Shown in pieces: positions 1 to 8,518 of a stretch of 32,000 nt of DNA. The position numbers and the translations under genes were made by a program. The DNA is taken from contig JBAZMW010000002.1 in NCBI GenBank assembly GCA_041649575.1, forward strand, positions 180,001 through 212,000. Direction: 5' to 3'. Source of the DNA: Patescibacteria group bacterium (GTDB taxonomy: Bacteria; Patescibacteriota; Patescibacteriia; 2-01-FULL-39-33). Position 1 is the stretch's first letter. Every line of letters begins with the position of its first letter. Under the pieces are notes generated by a model. It did no database searches and was not told the origin of the DNA. It worked only from the letters and a program-made list of their open reading frames with translations.

Positions 1-1
1 A

Positions 2-865
2 CCCAAAGATCATTACGATTTAGCTGTAGCTTTAGATATTATTGATTATGAACGCGCCGTCAAAATGTCTGGTTCCGGTTTTTGGATTTACAAAGGTGCC
101 GGCGCCATTTTGGAATGGGCCATTTTATCGTATTTTATAAAATTCCATCAGGCTAATGGCTATATTTTCATGATCCCGCCCTTTTTGCTCACCGAGCAGT
201 CAGCTTATACTTCCGGCCACCTGCCTAAATTCAGAGACGATTTATTTTGGACTCAAGACAAGCAGTGTCTCAATGCCACCAGCGAAATGATGTTGGGCAA
301 TTACCATCGTGACGAAATTATTCCCGAGCAGTCGTTGCCTCTTAAATATTGCGCTTACTCGGCTTGTTTCCGGCGTGAAGCCGGCAGTTACCGCAAAGAA
401 GAAAGGGGAATGATCCGCGGCCATCAATTTAATAAAATAGAAATGTTCCATTATACTCGGCCAGAGCAATCCTGGGATAGTTTTGCCGAGCTGGTGGCCA
501 GTGCCGAGAAATTAGTTGAGGGTCTAGGTCTGCATTATCAATCAGTACAATTAGCAGCCGAAGACGCCAGCGCCGCCATGGCCAAAACCATTGATGTAGA
601 GGCCTGGATTCCTAGTATGGCTAGTTATAAAGAGGTAAGCAGTGTTTCCAATGCGCTTGATTACCAGGCCAGGCGAGGCAATGTGCGTTACAAAAATAAG
701 GAAACAGGCAAAAATGAATTTGTTCATACTCTAAATGCCTCTGGTTTGGCCACTAGCCGTTTGATTCCGGCAATTTTGGAACAACTCCAGAACGCGGACG
801 GCTCGGTGGACGTGCCAGAAGTTTTGCAGCCATTCTGCGGTTTTGATAAAATTTTCAAGTGCTAA
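2..865 (+). CDS. serS: Seryl-tRNA synthetase, C-terminal part (5' end outside window)
   Basis: Open frame from base 2 (PKDHYDLAVALDIIDYERAVKMSGSGFWIYKG...) with class II synthetase motifs typical of SerRS (PPFLLTEQSAYTSG, ACFRREAGSYRKEERGMIRGHQFNKIEMF, LNASGLATSRLIPAILE). Confidence 0.95.
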   Translation, partial: PKDHYDLAVALDIIDYERAVKMSGSGFWIYKGAGAILEWAILSYFIKFHQANGYIFMIPPFLLTEQSAYTSGHLPKFRDDLFWTQDKQCLNATSEMMLGNYHRDEIIPEQSLPLKYCAYSACFRREAGSYRKEERGMIRGHQFNKIEMFHYTRPEQSWDSFAELVASAEKLVEGLGLHYQSVQLAAEDASAAMAKTIDVEAWIPSMASYKEVSSVSNALDYQARRGNVRYKNKETGKNEFVHTLNASGLATSRLIPAILEQLQNADGSVDVPEVLQPFCGFDKIFKC

Positions 866-875
866 GTTTTAAATG

Positions 876-919
876 AAAATAAAACGAGCTGGCCGAATCG
901 TGTTGATTCAGCCAGCTCG
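876..919 (-). terminator. Rho-independent terminator for the minus-strand ORF 939..1436
   Basis: Long hairpin CGAGCTGGCTGAATC-AACAC-GATTCGGCCAGCTCG followed on the minus strand by TTTTATTTT. Confidence 0.8.
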
Positions 920-938
920 GTTGTAGCGTGGTGGCTTA

Positions 939-1436
939 CTATCTGAGGTGTAGAGCTTTCACCTCCGGTCCCTCACCGAAACACTTGCGTCCCGCCGGTG
1001 ACCCCGCAAGAAGCCGCAGACTGCAGGTTCGCTTGGCTTTCTCGACTTCCTCCATCAGGATTTGCAGTACGTAGAGGAGTCGGTCGACCGAGATCAACCT
1101 GGTCTTCAACTGCACACTTTCGGTCTCCACGTCGATACTGCCGACATGTTGCATCCGCCGCGTGACTTGCAGTTTGGGTCTGCGGCCCTCGACGGCTTTG
1201 ACCGCCTCCCGTGTCAAGACGATGACGTCAGAGCAGTTGAACTCCGATTCCCTCAGTCGTCGGCCGAATTCCCGGATGTGTTTTCCGTCCGTGCCGGATT
1301 CGCCATCCGGGTCAGGCATTTCGAACAGGAACATACGCTCCAAGGCTCTCCGCAGGTCATCTCGTGGGTCGATCCCGACGCTCCTCTCTTCTTCCGACAA
1401 CTCTTGTTCTCCCATTTCTGGCTTACCTTTCAGCAT
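939..1436 (-). CDS. Hypothetical protein (charged, 165 aa)
   Basis: Open frame with SD-like GAGGAGCGAGGA upstream, a sigma70-like promoter and a terminator in the same orientation; GC richer than neighbours. Overlapping plus ORF 1062..1493 lacks these signals. Confidence 0.6.
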   Translation of the reverse strand: MLKGKPEMGEQELSEEERSVGIDPRDDLRRALERMFLFEMPDPDGESGTDGKHIREFGRRLRESEFNCSDVIVLTREAVKAVEGRRPKLQVTRRMQHVGSIDVETESVQLKTRLISVDRLLYVLQILMEEVEKAKRTCSLRLLAGSPAGRKCFGEGPEVKALHLR

Positions 1437-1505
1437 ATGTTTCCTCGCTCCTCAATGTTTTCCACCATAGTCCTAGCAAGCCACCGTTGCTAAGGTACTA
1501 ATTAT

Positions 1506-1535
1506 ATTATACCCCATAAACCCAAAACTTGTCAA
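1506..1535 (-). promoter_or_regulatory. Sigma70-like promoter for ORF 939..1436
   Basis: Minus strand TTGACA-N18-TATAAT; overlaps the start region of the divergent ftsQ-like gene. Confidence 0.65.
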
Positions 1536-2386
1536 GAGAAATGATAGAAGACAAAAACCAATTTAATTACCGGCCGAAAATTCAGGTCAAAAAGGATTAT
1601 TACCGCCAGCGCTTTATCAATCCTTATTTTAATAAGGATAAAAAAAATAAATACCAGGGTTTCAACACCAGATTTTATCTAAAAATTTTAGTGGCGGTTT
1701 TTTTGTTGTACCTGATAGTTTACAGTGATTTATTCAAGATAGGGGAGATAAGCATTTCCGGCACCGATATGATCAGCCAAACCGAATTTCGGCAAATGGT
1801 GGAAAAGGAAATAAATACCTGGCGTTGGCATTTTTGGCCGCAGAGGAACCAGCTTTTGCTTAGTAAAAAACGATTGGCGCAAAAGATCACCAGCCAATAC
1901 AGTCTTAGTAAGCTGGAAATAAAAAAGGGTTGGCGCCGGCTGCAAATCAATCTGGAAGAAAAAATTTCTTACCTGATGGTTTTTAATCGCGGCAAGTTTT
2001 ACTTTACCGACGCCTGGGGCAATGTCACCCGGGAAATTTCTCCGGAGGAAGCCCAAAAATACTGGACCAGATTTCCCATTTTAAACACCGACCAAGAACG
2101 GGTCGATATCGGCAGCCAGATAACTTCCGAAAAAATGGTTAATTTCATTTTGGCTCTCAGTGGAAAGATAAAAGAAATGAAGCTGGCCATCTCTGGCTAC
2201 GAGAGTCGGGGACAGGAGGAAGTGTCTCTGGTGGCCAAAGCCGGCTGGCGGGCTTATTTTGATATTGACTCCGATGTTGCCAAGTCCGTGGAAAACTTGG
2301 AATTGGTACTGAAAGAAAAAATCAAAGACCAGAAAAATTTGCAATATATTGATTTACGTTTCGGCGATAAGATTTATTACAAATAG
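1529..2386 (+). CDS. ftsQ: FtsQ/DivIB-like cell division protein with POTRA domain
   Basis: N-terminal cytoplasmic stretch, single TM (LVAVFLLYLIVYSDL), POTRA-like FKIGEISISGTDMIS...; TTG start at 1529 or ATG at 1541. Confidence 0.75.
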   Translation: MSREMIEDKNQFNYRPKIQVKKDYYRQRFINPYFNKDKKNKYQGFNTRFYLKILVAVFLLYLIVYSDLFKIGEISISGTDMISQTEFRQMVEKEINTWRWHFWPQRNQLLLSKKRLAQKITSQYSLSKLEIKKGWRRLQINLEEKISYLMVFNRGKFYFTDAWGNVTREISPEEAQKYWTRFPILNTDQERVDIGSQITSEKMVNFILALSGKIKEMKLAISGYESRGQEEVSLVAKAGWRAYFDIDSDVAKSVENLELVLKEKIKDQKNLQYIDLRFGDKIYYK

Positions 2387-2488
2387 AGGAGTGGGGATAA
2401 CTGTAATTGTTTGTTTATCCTTTTTATTTTATAATACCTTTAATGTCGCATAATATAGCTTAAGCGATAATAAAGCAAGTAATTAATC

Positions 2489-3454
2489 ATGAAGAAATCA
2501 AATCTGCCTATTCTCAGTCAGTTTTCGGACTTTCTGGCCTATTGCGAGGTAGAAAAAGGTCTTAGCCCCATTTCTACCAGAAATTACCACAATTTTTTGA
2601 GAATGTTCGAAGGTTGGCTAAAAATCAAACATTTAACGCAGCTCAAGCCGCATGAGCTCACTCCAGAGCATGTCTGGGACTACCGGCTTTATCTTTCCCG
2701 TCGGCAAGACCGCTCTGGTCGCTATATCAAAAAAACCACTCAAAATTATTATTTAATCGCCCTTAGGAACCTTTTGAACTACTTCGCCGATAAAGATATT
2801 ATCTCTTTGCCTTCAGAAAAAGTTAAATTACCAAAATTAACCGAAAAAGACAAAGCGATAAAGTTTCTAAAGTTTGATCAGATAGAAAAGTTATTACAGG
2901 TGCCGGATGTCACCACTCTTGAAGGCCTAAGGGACAGAACGATTCTCGAAATTCTCTTCTCTACTGGTATGCGGGTTTCGGAGTTAACGTCGCTTAATAT
3001 CAAACAGTTTGATCGCCTAGCTTTACTAAAAAATAATTTTTCTGATCAAGAGTTAAGCATCGCTGGTAAAGGTGGTAGAACAAGAACGGTTTATTTTTCT
3101 CATCGAGCTTTGGGTTGGCTGGCTAGATACTTAAAAAACAGAAACGACCTCTATCCCCCGCTTTTTATTAACTATCGTCCCCATAATGACAGAGATGACG
3201 AGCACCGTTTAACGCCTCGTTCGGTTGAAAGATTGGTAAAAAGACACACCGTGATGGCCGGGTTGCCTGTTGATGCCACGCCGCACACCCTGCGTCATAG
3301 CTATGCCACGGATTTATTGGATCAGGGAGCAGATTTGCGCAGTGTCCAGGAGCTTTTGGGGCATAAAAATATTGTTACCACTCAAATTTATACTCACGTC
3401 ACCAATCAAAAGCTTCGCTCCATTCATAAAAAATTTCATAGTGGCAATCATTGA
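2489..3454 (+). CDS. xerD: Site-specific tyrosine recombinase, XerC/XerD type
   Basis: N-terminal SAM-like domain; catalytic motifs ATGMRVSEL, HTLRHSYATDLLDQGADLRSVQELLGHKNIVTTQIYTHV. XerC versus XerD not resolved. Confidence 0.9.
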   Translation: MKKSNLPILSQFSDFLAYCEVEKGLSPISTRNYHNFLRMFEGWLKIKHLTQLKPHELTPEHVWDYRLYLSRRQDRSGRYIKKTTQNYYLIALRNLLNYFADKDIISLPSEKVKLPKLTEKDKAIKFLKFDQIEKLLQVPDVTTLEGLRDRTILEILFSTGMRVSELTSLNIKQFDRLALLKNNFSDQELSIAGKGGRTRTVYFSHRALGWLARYLKNRNDLYPPLFINYRPHNDRDDEHRLTPRSVERLVKRHTVMAGLPVDATPHTLRHSYATDLLDQGADLRSVQELLGHKNIVTTQIYTHVTNQKLRSIHKKFHSGNH

Positions 3455-3465
3455 AATAAAAACTA

Positions 3466-3491
3466 CGTCCCGATAACCGGGACGGAGTTTT
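3466..3491 (+). terminator. Rho-independent terminator after the Xer gene
   Basis: CGTCCCG-ATAAC-CGGGACG followed by GAGTTTTT. Confidence 0.8.
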
Positions 3492-3515
3492 TCAGAGAAT
3501 AAAATCGTCTTTTGT

Positions 3516-3644
3516 TTATTCTTTCTCTTTGCAACCGCAGCCGCAACCGGCCCCGCAGGAACAGCAATGAAAACAAACCTCCGGCTCGCAGGAACAGCGG
3601 GTTTCTTCGTCTATGGGCATCTCGCATTTAGCGCATTTATCCAT
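3516..3644 (-). CDS. Cysteine-rich mini-protein, 42 aa, putative metal-binding
   Basis: Hand translation: MDKCAKCEMPIDEETRCSCEPEVCFHCCSCGAGCGCGCKEKE*; 11 Cys in 42 aa in repeated CxxC/CxC motifs. Below the ORF-track size cutoff. Confidence 0.6.
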   Translation of the reverse strand: MDKCAKCEMPIDEETRCSCEPEVCFHCCSCGAGCGCGCKEKE

Positions 3645-3683
3645 AAAATTTGGTTAATTATTTAATAATATCTAATTTCTAGT

Positions 3684-4937
3684 TTAAGGCAAGTAGGTCG
3701 AGGGGCTGACTGGGATGCCATTAGAGCGCACCTCGAAATGTAAATGGGGACCGGTAGAAAATCCCGTGTTGCCGCTGTAACCGATAATTTGTCCTTTGGT
3801 GACATATTGATCACCTTTAACATTAATACTGCTTAAATGGCCATATAGAGTCGAGAGATTGTTGTTATGAATGATCATGACGTAGGTGCCATACCAGCGG
3901 GTGTTGGCGGCTACTTTGGCCACATAGCCGGATTCGGCCGCTTTTACTGGTGTGCCGATTTTGGCCGCTAGGTCGATTCCCGAATGTTCAAAGAGATTAC
4001 GAAACGGGTAATCGGGATCATGAAAATAACAAGTAATCCGGGGATTGTTAATGGGCCAGATCAAAGCGGCTTCTCCCAGAGAATTAAATTTTTCCTGACT
4101 CCCCTTTTTTTCCAGCTCTTGTCGAATTTTTCTTTCCAAGGCGGCGATTTGATTATTGGCCGCCGTTTGTTCTTTTTTGAGATCGGTAATCAGGTTTTGA
4201 AATTTGACCTCCGATTTTTTGGTCTCGACAATCAGATACTGTTTGGCGCCCTTTTGTTCGCCCAGCGCCGTCTTTTCCTGTTCCAGCTTGTTTAGCAAGT
4301 CTGAAAGTTGATCGCGTTCGCCGTTTAATTTTTCTTTTTGCTTGTTCAAAGTTTCTACCAGTTCTTGCACGCGGTTCAGGGTTTTTTGTAAATCACCTTC
4401 TATATTTTCCAAAGCTTTTACCTGATCGAAAAATTCCGAAAAAGAATTGTTGCTTAGTAAAACAAAAAGATAATTTTTGTCGTCATAATGATCGAGAGCG
4501 CGGATAAAAGCGGCCAGCCGTTCCTTGTCTTTATTGATCATCAGCTCATTTTCTTTGATTTTCAGGCCGATTTTTTCTATTTCCAGTTCGGTTGATTTAA
4601 TCTCCTCTTCTTTGGCGGTGATGTCTAGTCCCATTTTGGCGATCTGATTATCCAAAATATAAACTTGATTTTTAAAGTTGGCCGCTTGGCCCTGGGCTTT
4701 TTTGATGCTGTCTTTGTGCTTGTTTATCTCCTCGGCTAATTTGTCTATTTTTTCCTGTTGGGCTTCAATTTGCTTGTTTAAATTGGCTATCAAAGCTTCA
4801 TTAGAGCCGGAGTCGCCAGCTGTCTCTTGCGCTCGCCCTATTTCTCTGGACATCAAAAAAACACCGCCAAAAATAATTAACGGCATCAAAATTGACGCTA
4901 AAATATGATATTTTAGCTTTTTCAGTTCGGCAAGCAT
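3684..4937 (-). CDS. M23-family peptidase with N-terminal coiled coil (EnvC/murein hydrolase activator type)
   Basis: Signal peptide, long coiled coil, C-terminal LytM-like HSGIDLAAKIGTPVKAAESGYV...TYVMIIHNNNLSTLYGHLSS...GNTGFSTGPHLHFEVR. Confidence 0.9.
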   Translation of the reverse strand: MLAELKKLKYHILASILMPLIIFGGVFLMSREIGRAQETAGDSGSNEALIANLNKQIEAQQEKIDKLAEEINKHKDSIKKAQGQAANFKNQVYILDNQIAKMGLDITAKEEEIKSTELEIEKIGLKIKENELMINKDKERLAAFIRALDHYDDKNYLFVLLSNNSFSEFFDQVKALENIEGDLQKTLNRVQELVETLNKQKEKLNGERDQLSDLLNKLEQEKTALGEQKGAKQYLIVETKKSEVKFQNLITDLKKEQTAANNQIAALERKIRQELEKKGSQEKFNSLGEAALIWPINNPRITCYFHDPDYPFRNLFEHSGIDLAAKIGTPVKAAESGYVAKVAANTRWYGTYVMIIHNNNLSTLYGHLSSINVKGDQYVTKGQIIGYSGNTGFSTGPHLHFEVRSNGIPVSPSTYLP

Positions 4938-4971
4938 GGAAAGAAGATTATTTTAATCTTATTCTACAAGA

Positions 4972-5000
4972 ATTATATAACAATTCTTGACAAAAATCAA
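4972..5000 (-). promoter_or_regulatory. Promoter for the M23 peptidase gene
   Basis: Minus strand TTGATT-N17-TATAAT, overlapping the divergent promoter 4987..5015. Confidence 0.55.
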
Positions 5001-5015
5001 TCTCAAAGCTATTAT
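4987..5015 (+). promoter_or_regulatory. Promoter for ORF 5071..5334
   Basis: TTGACA-N17-TATTAT. Confidence 0.6.
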
Positions 5016-5070
5016 TTTTATTAAGTTGTCCTTTGGCTTTTGGTGAAGTTTCAACAACGGAGGGAGAAAC

Positions 5071-5334
5071 ATGGGACTCGTCGCTCCTGACACTCGCGGC
5101 AACGCGTGCTGGCTGATTAAATGCAACAACTGCGGCCATCAGGCGGCTTGGGATGGCTCCAATGCCGAGCAAACCCTTAGCCTGGCCGAGAATGATGGTT
5201 GGACGGTAACTCGAGGCAAGGGCCCAGGTGAGGTGGTCGCTCTGTGCCCCGAATGCAGGAAGAAACAACAGAAAGTCACTCCAGCCGCCATTGTCAGCCT
5301 GATGGATTTCCGCCAAGCATTGCCCAGGCGGTGA
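5071..5334 (+). CDS. Small zinc-ribbon-like protein
   Basis: Strong SD (GGAGGG) 8 nt before ATG; CNNCG...CPEC cysteine pairs; promoter upstream and terminator downstream. Confidence 0.7.
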   Translation: MGLVAPDTRGNACWLIKCNNCGHQAAWDGSNAEQTLSLAENDGWTVTRGKGPGEVVALCPECRKKQQKVTPAAIVSLMDFRQALPRR

Positions 5335-5374
5335 GCCGCGGGAGGTTTCCGAGATTCCCAACGTCAAAGGTTTC

Positions 5375-5413
5375 AAGGCTTGGACCGAGCGCGGTTCAAG
5401 CCTTTTCTGTCTT
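5375..5413 (+). terminator. Rho-independent terminator for ORF 5071..5334
   Basis: AAGGCTTGGACCG-AGCG-CGGTTCAAGCCTT stem (one G-U) then TTCTGTCTTT; overlaps the 3' end of convergent gltX. Confidence 0.75.
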
Positions 5414-6904
5414 TAAGCGCTCCAGCGCTTGCCTGATTCTTAGTAAACTTTTTTCTGGTCCCAAAATTTCCGCCACCTCAAACGGCGTTGGCGATTTTTC
5501 CATTCCCGTCAGCGCCACTCTCATCGGCCACAGCACTTCGCCGTTGGTCAGATTGTTTTTAGTGATAAAAGTTTTTAATTTATTTTCCAATACTCCCCTT
5601 TCCCAGTCGCTGGCAGAATATTTTTCCAACTCCTGCAAAGTTAATTGCAAATTTTTTTTAGCCGCTTCCGCGCTAGATTTTTTCCAGACCAGCAAGCTCG
5701 GGTTATAACTTAGCTCAGCGGTAAAGAAAAAATTTATCCTCCCCCCTACTTCGTTCAAGCGGCTAACCCTTTCTTGTTCTAGTTTTAGTATTTTTTCCAA
5801 ATCCAAATCAGTTGGCATTTGACCGACATTCTTTTCCAAATACGGCTTGGCTAGTTGGGCAAATTTAGTATTGGTCAGTTTCTTAAGGTATTCGCCATTG
5901 AGCCAGTCTAGTTTGGCTAGATCAAAAATGGCTCCGGCCTTGTGCACCTTGGCCAGAGAAAAAGCCTGAATAAGTTCTGGCAGGAGAAAAATTTCTTGTT
6001 CAGTGCCCGGATTCCAACCCAAAAGCGCCACAAAATTTAGGAGCGCTTCCGGCAAATAGCCTTTGTCGCGGTAATCCTCCACCGCCACGTCGCCTTGTCG
6101 TTTGGACAGTTTGCTGCGGTCGGCGTTTAAGATCAGAGGCAAATGGGCAAACAGCGGCGGCGTCCAGCCCAAAAATTTGTACAACAATAAATGCTTTGGC
6201 GTCGAAGACAGCCACTCTTCGCCGCGAATGACATGGGAGATTTTCATCAGATGGTCGTCAACCACCGAAGCCAAGTGATAAGTCGGAAAGCCATCGGCTT
6301 TCAAGATCACTTGGTCGTCTATTTCCCGGCTACGAAATTTTATTTCGCCGCGAATCAAATCATTAAAAACCACTTCTTGATTTTCCGGCACCTTCATTCT
6401 GATGGTGTATTTTTCGCCGGCCGCCAACTTATTTTGCACTTCATCTGGCAACAGATGGCGGCAATGCCAATCATATCTGGTTGGCTGTTTGGCGGCCTCT
6501 TGCTGTCGGCGTAAATTTTCTAACCTTTCCTCACTGCAGAAGCAATAATAGGCCAAACCCTTATTTACTAGCTCGGAGGCGTATTTCTGATAGATTTCGA
6601 GCCTTTTAGACTGCGTGTAGGGCCCAAAATGGCCTTTTTCAACGGCTTTTCCGGCTTTATCGAGTATTACGCCCTCGTCGGGTTTTAGGCTCGCCCAAGC
6701 CAAATTTTTGAGCAAATTTTCTACCGCCCCCGGCACTTCCCTGGTTTGGTCGGTATCTTCGATTCTCAGCACAAAAGACCCTTTATTTTGTTTGGCAAAA
6801 ATATAGGCATAGAGCGCGGTGCGTAGTCCCCCGACATGCAAATAGCCAGTCGGACTCGGCGCAAAGCGGGTGCGGACCTTTAATTTGTTTAGAAAAGAAA
6901 ACAT
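5396..6904 (-). CDS. gltX: Glutamyl-tRNA synthetase
   Basis: RTRFAPSPTGYLHVGGLRTALYAYIFAK, HIGH-like and KLSKRQGD (KMSKS-like) signatures. Confidence 0.95.
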   Translation of the reverse strand: MFSFLNKLKVRTRFAPSPTGYLHVGGLRTALYAYIFAKQNKGSFVLRIEDTDQTREVPGAVENLLKNLAWASLKPDEGVILDKAGKAVEKGHFGPYTQSKRLEIYQKYASELVNKGLAYYCFCSEERLENLRRQQEAAKQPTRYDWHCRHLLPDEVQNKLAAGEKYTIRMKVPENQEVVFNDLIRGEIKFRSREIDDQVILKADGFPTYHLASVVDDHLMKISHVIRGEEWLSSTPKHLLLYKFLGWTPPLFAHLPLILNADRSKLSKRQGDVAVEDYRDKGYLPEALLNFVALLGWNPGTEQEIFLLPELIQAFSLAKVHKAGAIFDLAKLDWLNGEYLKKLTNTKFAQLAKPYLEKNVGQMPTDLDLEKILKLEQERVSRLNEVGGRINFFFTAELSYNPSLLVWKKSSAEAAKKNLQLTLQELEKYSASDWERGVLENKLKTFITKNNLTNGEVLWPMRVALTGMEKSPTPFEVAEILGPEKSLLRIRQALERLKTEKA

Positions 6905-6907
6905 AAA

Positions 6908-7777
6908 TTATTTTTTCTTTACCACCAGCCACCCAAATTTAATGGTGGCATTATAAATCCTACTTAACCGGCGCGGTTCTTGGATTAGCCGATATAGCCA
7001 TTCTAACCCCAATCGCCTCAAAAATAAAGGCGCGCGTCTCACCTGTCCCGACAAAAAATCAAAAGTCCCGCCGACGCCAATCGCCACTTTAATTTTTGGC
7101 ACTTTGGCTAAGTTGTCTCTGATCCACTTCTCCTGCCTCACTTGCGGCAAGGCCACCAACAGAATATTGGCTTCGCTGGCATTAATTTTTTCCAGCACCT
7201 GATTGTTGTTTTCAAATTGCCAACATTTGTTTTCTATGGGATCCCCACGGCCGGCTTCGCCGGCCTCGGGATGACATTGTAGAAGCGGCCCGCCTTGGTC
7301 AAAGCCAGCCACTTTGCCAATATATTTTTCTGCCACTTGTTTTGCCGCTCCTTCTTTTCCGCCCAGTAAATAAATTTTATAAATGTCATTGCGAGGGAGC
7401 GCGAGCGACCGTCCGCCTAGGCTCGGCGAGACTGGTGGCAATCCCGTGGGATCACCGCGTTGCCCGGTCATTTGACCGGGCTCCTCGGGATGACAACTTA
7501 GAAGTGCCTCTATTAGATCCACGCCCGTCACTCTCTCTAATTTTTCTTGTTTTAAAAATTTAGCCGCCCAAACCAGCCCAGCGCCATCGCAGGTGGCCAA
7601 ATCAGCATTATTTAAAATATTTCTGAAAACTTCGTCTTTTTGCGCCGCCACCACAAATTCCGGATTAATCGTCACCACCTGCCTTTGGCCTTCCGCTGTC
7701 AGCCATTTTTTAATTAACTTCAAGGCTTCTGGCAAATTGACCTGATCGATTTTTATTCCCAGTATTTCTATTTTCAT
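6908..7777 (-). CDS. WecG/TagA/CpsF family glycosyltransferase carrying two in-frame repeat-derived insertions
   Basis: TINPEFVVAAQKDEVFRNILNNADLATCDGAGLVWAAKFL...RVTGVDLIEALL...IYLLGGKEGAAKQVAEK...ANILLVALPQVRQEKWI...GVGGTFDFLSGQVRRAP; interrupted by CHPEEPGQ... and CHPEAGEAGRGDP... segments. Confidence 0.88.
   Translation of the reverse strand: MKIEILGIKIDQVNLPEALKLIKKWLTAEGQRQVVTINPEFVVAAQKDEVFRNILNNADLATCDGAGLVWAAKFLKQEKLERVTGVDLIEALLSCHPEEPGQMTGQRGDPTGLPPVSPSLGGRSLALPRNDIYKIYLLGGKEGAAKQVAEKYIGKVAGFDQGGPLLQCHPEAGEAGRGDPIENKCWQFENNNQVLEKINASEANILLVALPQVRQEKWIRDNLAKVPKIKVAIGVGGTFDFLSGQVRRAPLFLRRLGLEWLYRLIQEPRRLSRIYNATIKFGWLVVKKK
7240..7278 (-). repeat. Palindromic repeat insertion, short copy, inside the glycosyltransferase gene
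   Basis: Minus strand TGTCATCCCGAGGCCGGCGAAGCCGGCCGTGGGGATCCC; 7-bp perfect hairpin GGCCGGC-GAA-GCCGGCC. Confidence 0.7.
7384..7495 (-). repeat. Palindromic repeat insertion, long copy, inside the glycosyltransferase gene
   Basis: Minus strand starts TGTCATCCCGAGGAGCCCGGTCAAATGACCGGGC and ends CCTCGCAATGACA; imperfect terminal inverted repeats plus 9-bp internal hairpin. Confidence 0.75.
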
Positions 7778-7780
7778 AAG

Positions 7781-8470
7781 CTACTTTTTTAGATAATTCA
7801 CGATGATTTTGGCCTGGCTCTGGTTTTCTTTGTCGTCCTTAAAAGACATCAGGCCAAAAATGTCGCCTTTCCAAAAGCCCAAATTAATTTCATAATCTGC
7901 CAGATTTTCCTTAAACTCAAAGCCGCTTTCCTTCAGCTTGTTTTTGTAGTAGCCGGCCACCTCTTCTTTCGGCTGGCTTATCTGTTTCCAGGACAAAGAG
8001 GTTGTTTCCATTTTTTTCAGTTCCGGCGAGCTTAGGGCTTTTTTTAATTCCTCCGGCGTAAAACCGCGCGACAAGTCTATTTTATCGGCAAAACTTTGGC
8101 TTAATTTAGCTTTCAAATCATTGGATAAATAAGCCAAAGTCGGCTTAAGCAGCCAGTTTGGTAAAAGGCCCATGATTTTCAAAAGTTTTTCCTTGCCTTC
8201 TGGCGTCTGCAGTTCAATCTCGGCTTTTTCCGGCAGATAAATGGCCAGTTCTTCCGGGAAATCACCCGGCAACTGGTTGACTTTTTCCACCACCGGAGAG
8301 ACCGCCAATCTGACAGCGGCAAAAAGAGTAATGAAGATAATTACCAACGCCAAAATTAAACAACCGAAAAATTTGATAAATTCTCGGCTTCTATTTTTTT
8401 CCGGATTGTTCAGGTTGAGTTCCTGCCAATTTTTCATTATTTCCTGGCTAATTTTATTATATTCTAGCAA
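7781..8470 (-). CDS. Hypothetical single-pass membrane protein
   Basis: 229 aa, TM segment FFGCLILALVIIFITLFAAVRLAV near the N-terminus; directly upstream of the glycosyltransferase on the same strand. Confidence 0.75.
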   Translation of the reverse strand: MLEYNKISQEIMKNWQELNLNNPEKNRSREFIKFFGCLILALVIIFITLFAAVRLAVSPVVEKVNQLPGDFPEELAIYLPEKAEIELQTPEGKEKLLKIMGLLPNWLLKPTLAYLSNDLKAKLSQSFADKIDLSRGFTPEELKKALSSPELKKMETTSLSWKQISQPKEEVAGYYKNKLKESGFEFKENLADYEINLGFWKGDIFGLMSFKDDKENQSQAKIIVNYLKK

Positions 8471-8483
8471 ATACCAGCCTTTT

Positions 8484-8512
8484 TTGCAAAAGTAAATCAG
8501 TCTTGTTATAAT
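8484..8512 (+). promoter_or_regulatory. Sigma70-like promoter of the structured RNA candidate
   Basis: TTGCAA-N17-TATAAT. Confidence 0.6.
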
Positions 8513-8518
8513 AAAAGT

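Noticed and set aside
1062-1493. Plus-strand ORF opposite 939..1436 (and 1162..1470)
   Set aside because: No SD, promoter or terminator on that strand; the minus ORF has all three.
2489-3454. Xer recombinase as evidence of an integrated mobile element
   Set aside because: Looks like the chromosomal XerC/D type near ftsQ and serS; no att sites, phage or plasmid genes nearby.
4948-5376. 142-aa minus-strand ORF in the track
   Set aside because: Covers the plus ORF 5071..5334, which has promoter, SD, CxxC pairs and terminator; the minus frame looks like its antisense shadow.
7240-7495. Reading the repeats in the glycosyltransferase as a CRISPR array or transposon
   Set aside because: Only two unequal copies with no regular spacers, and no transposase; they fit small non-autonomous palindromic repeats.
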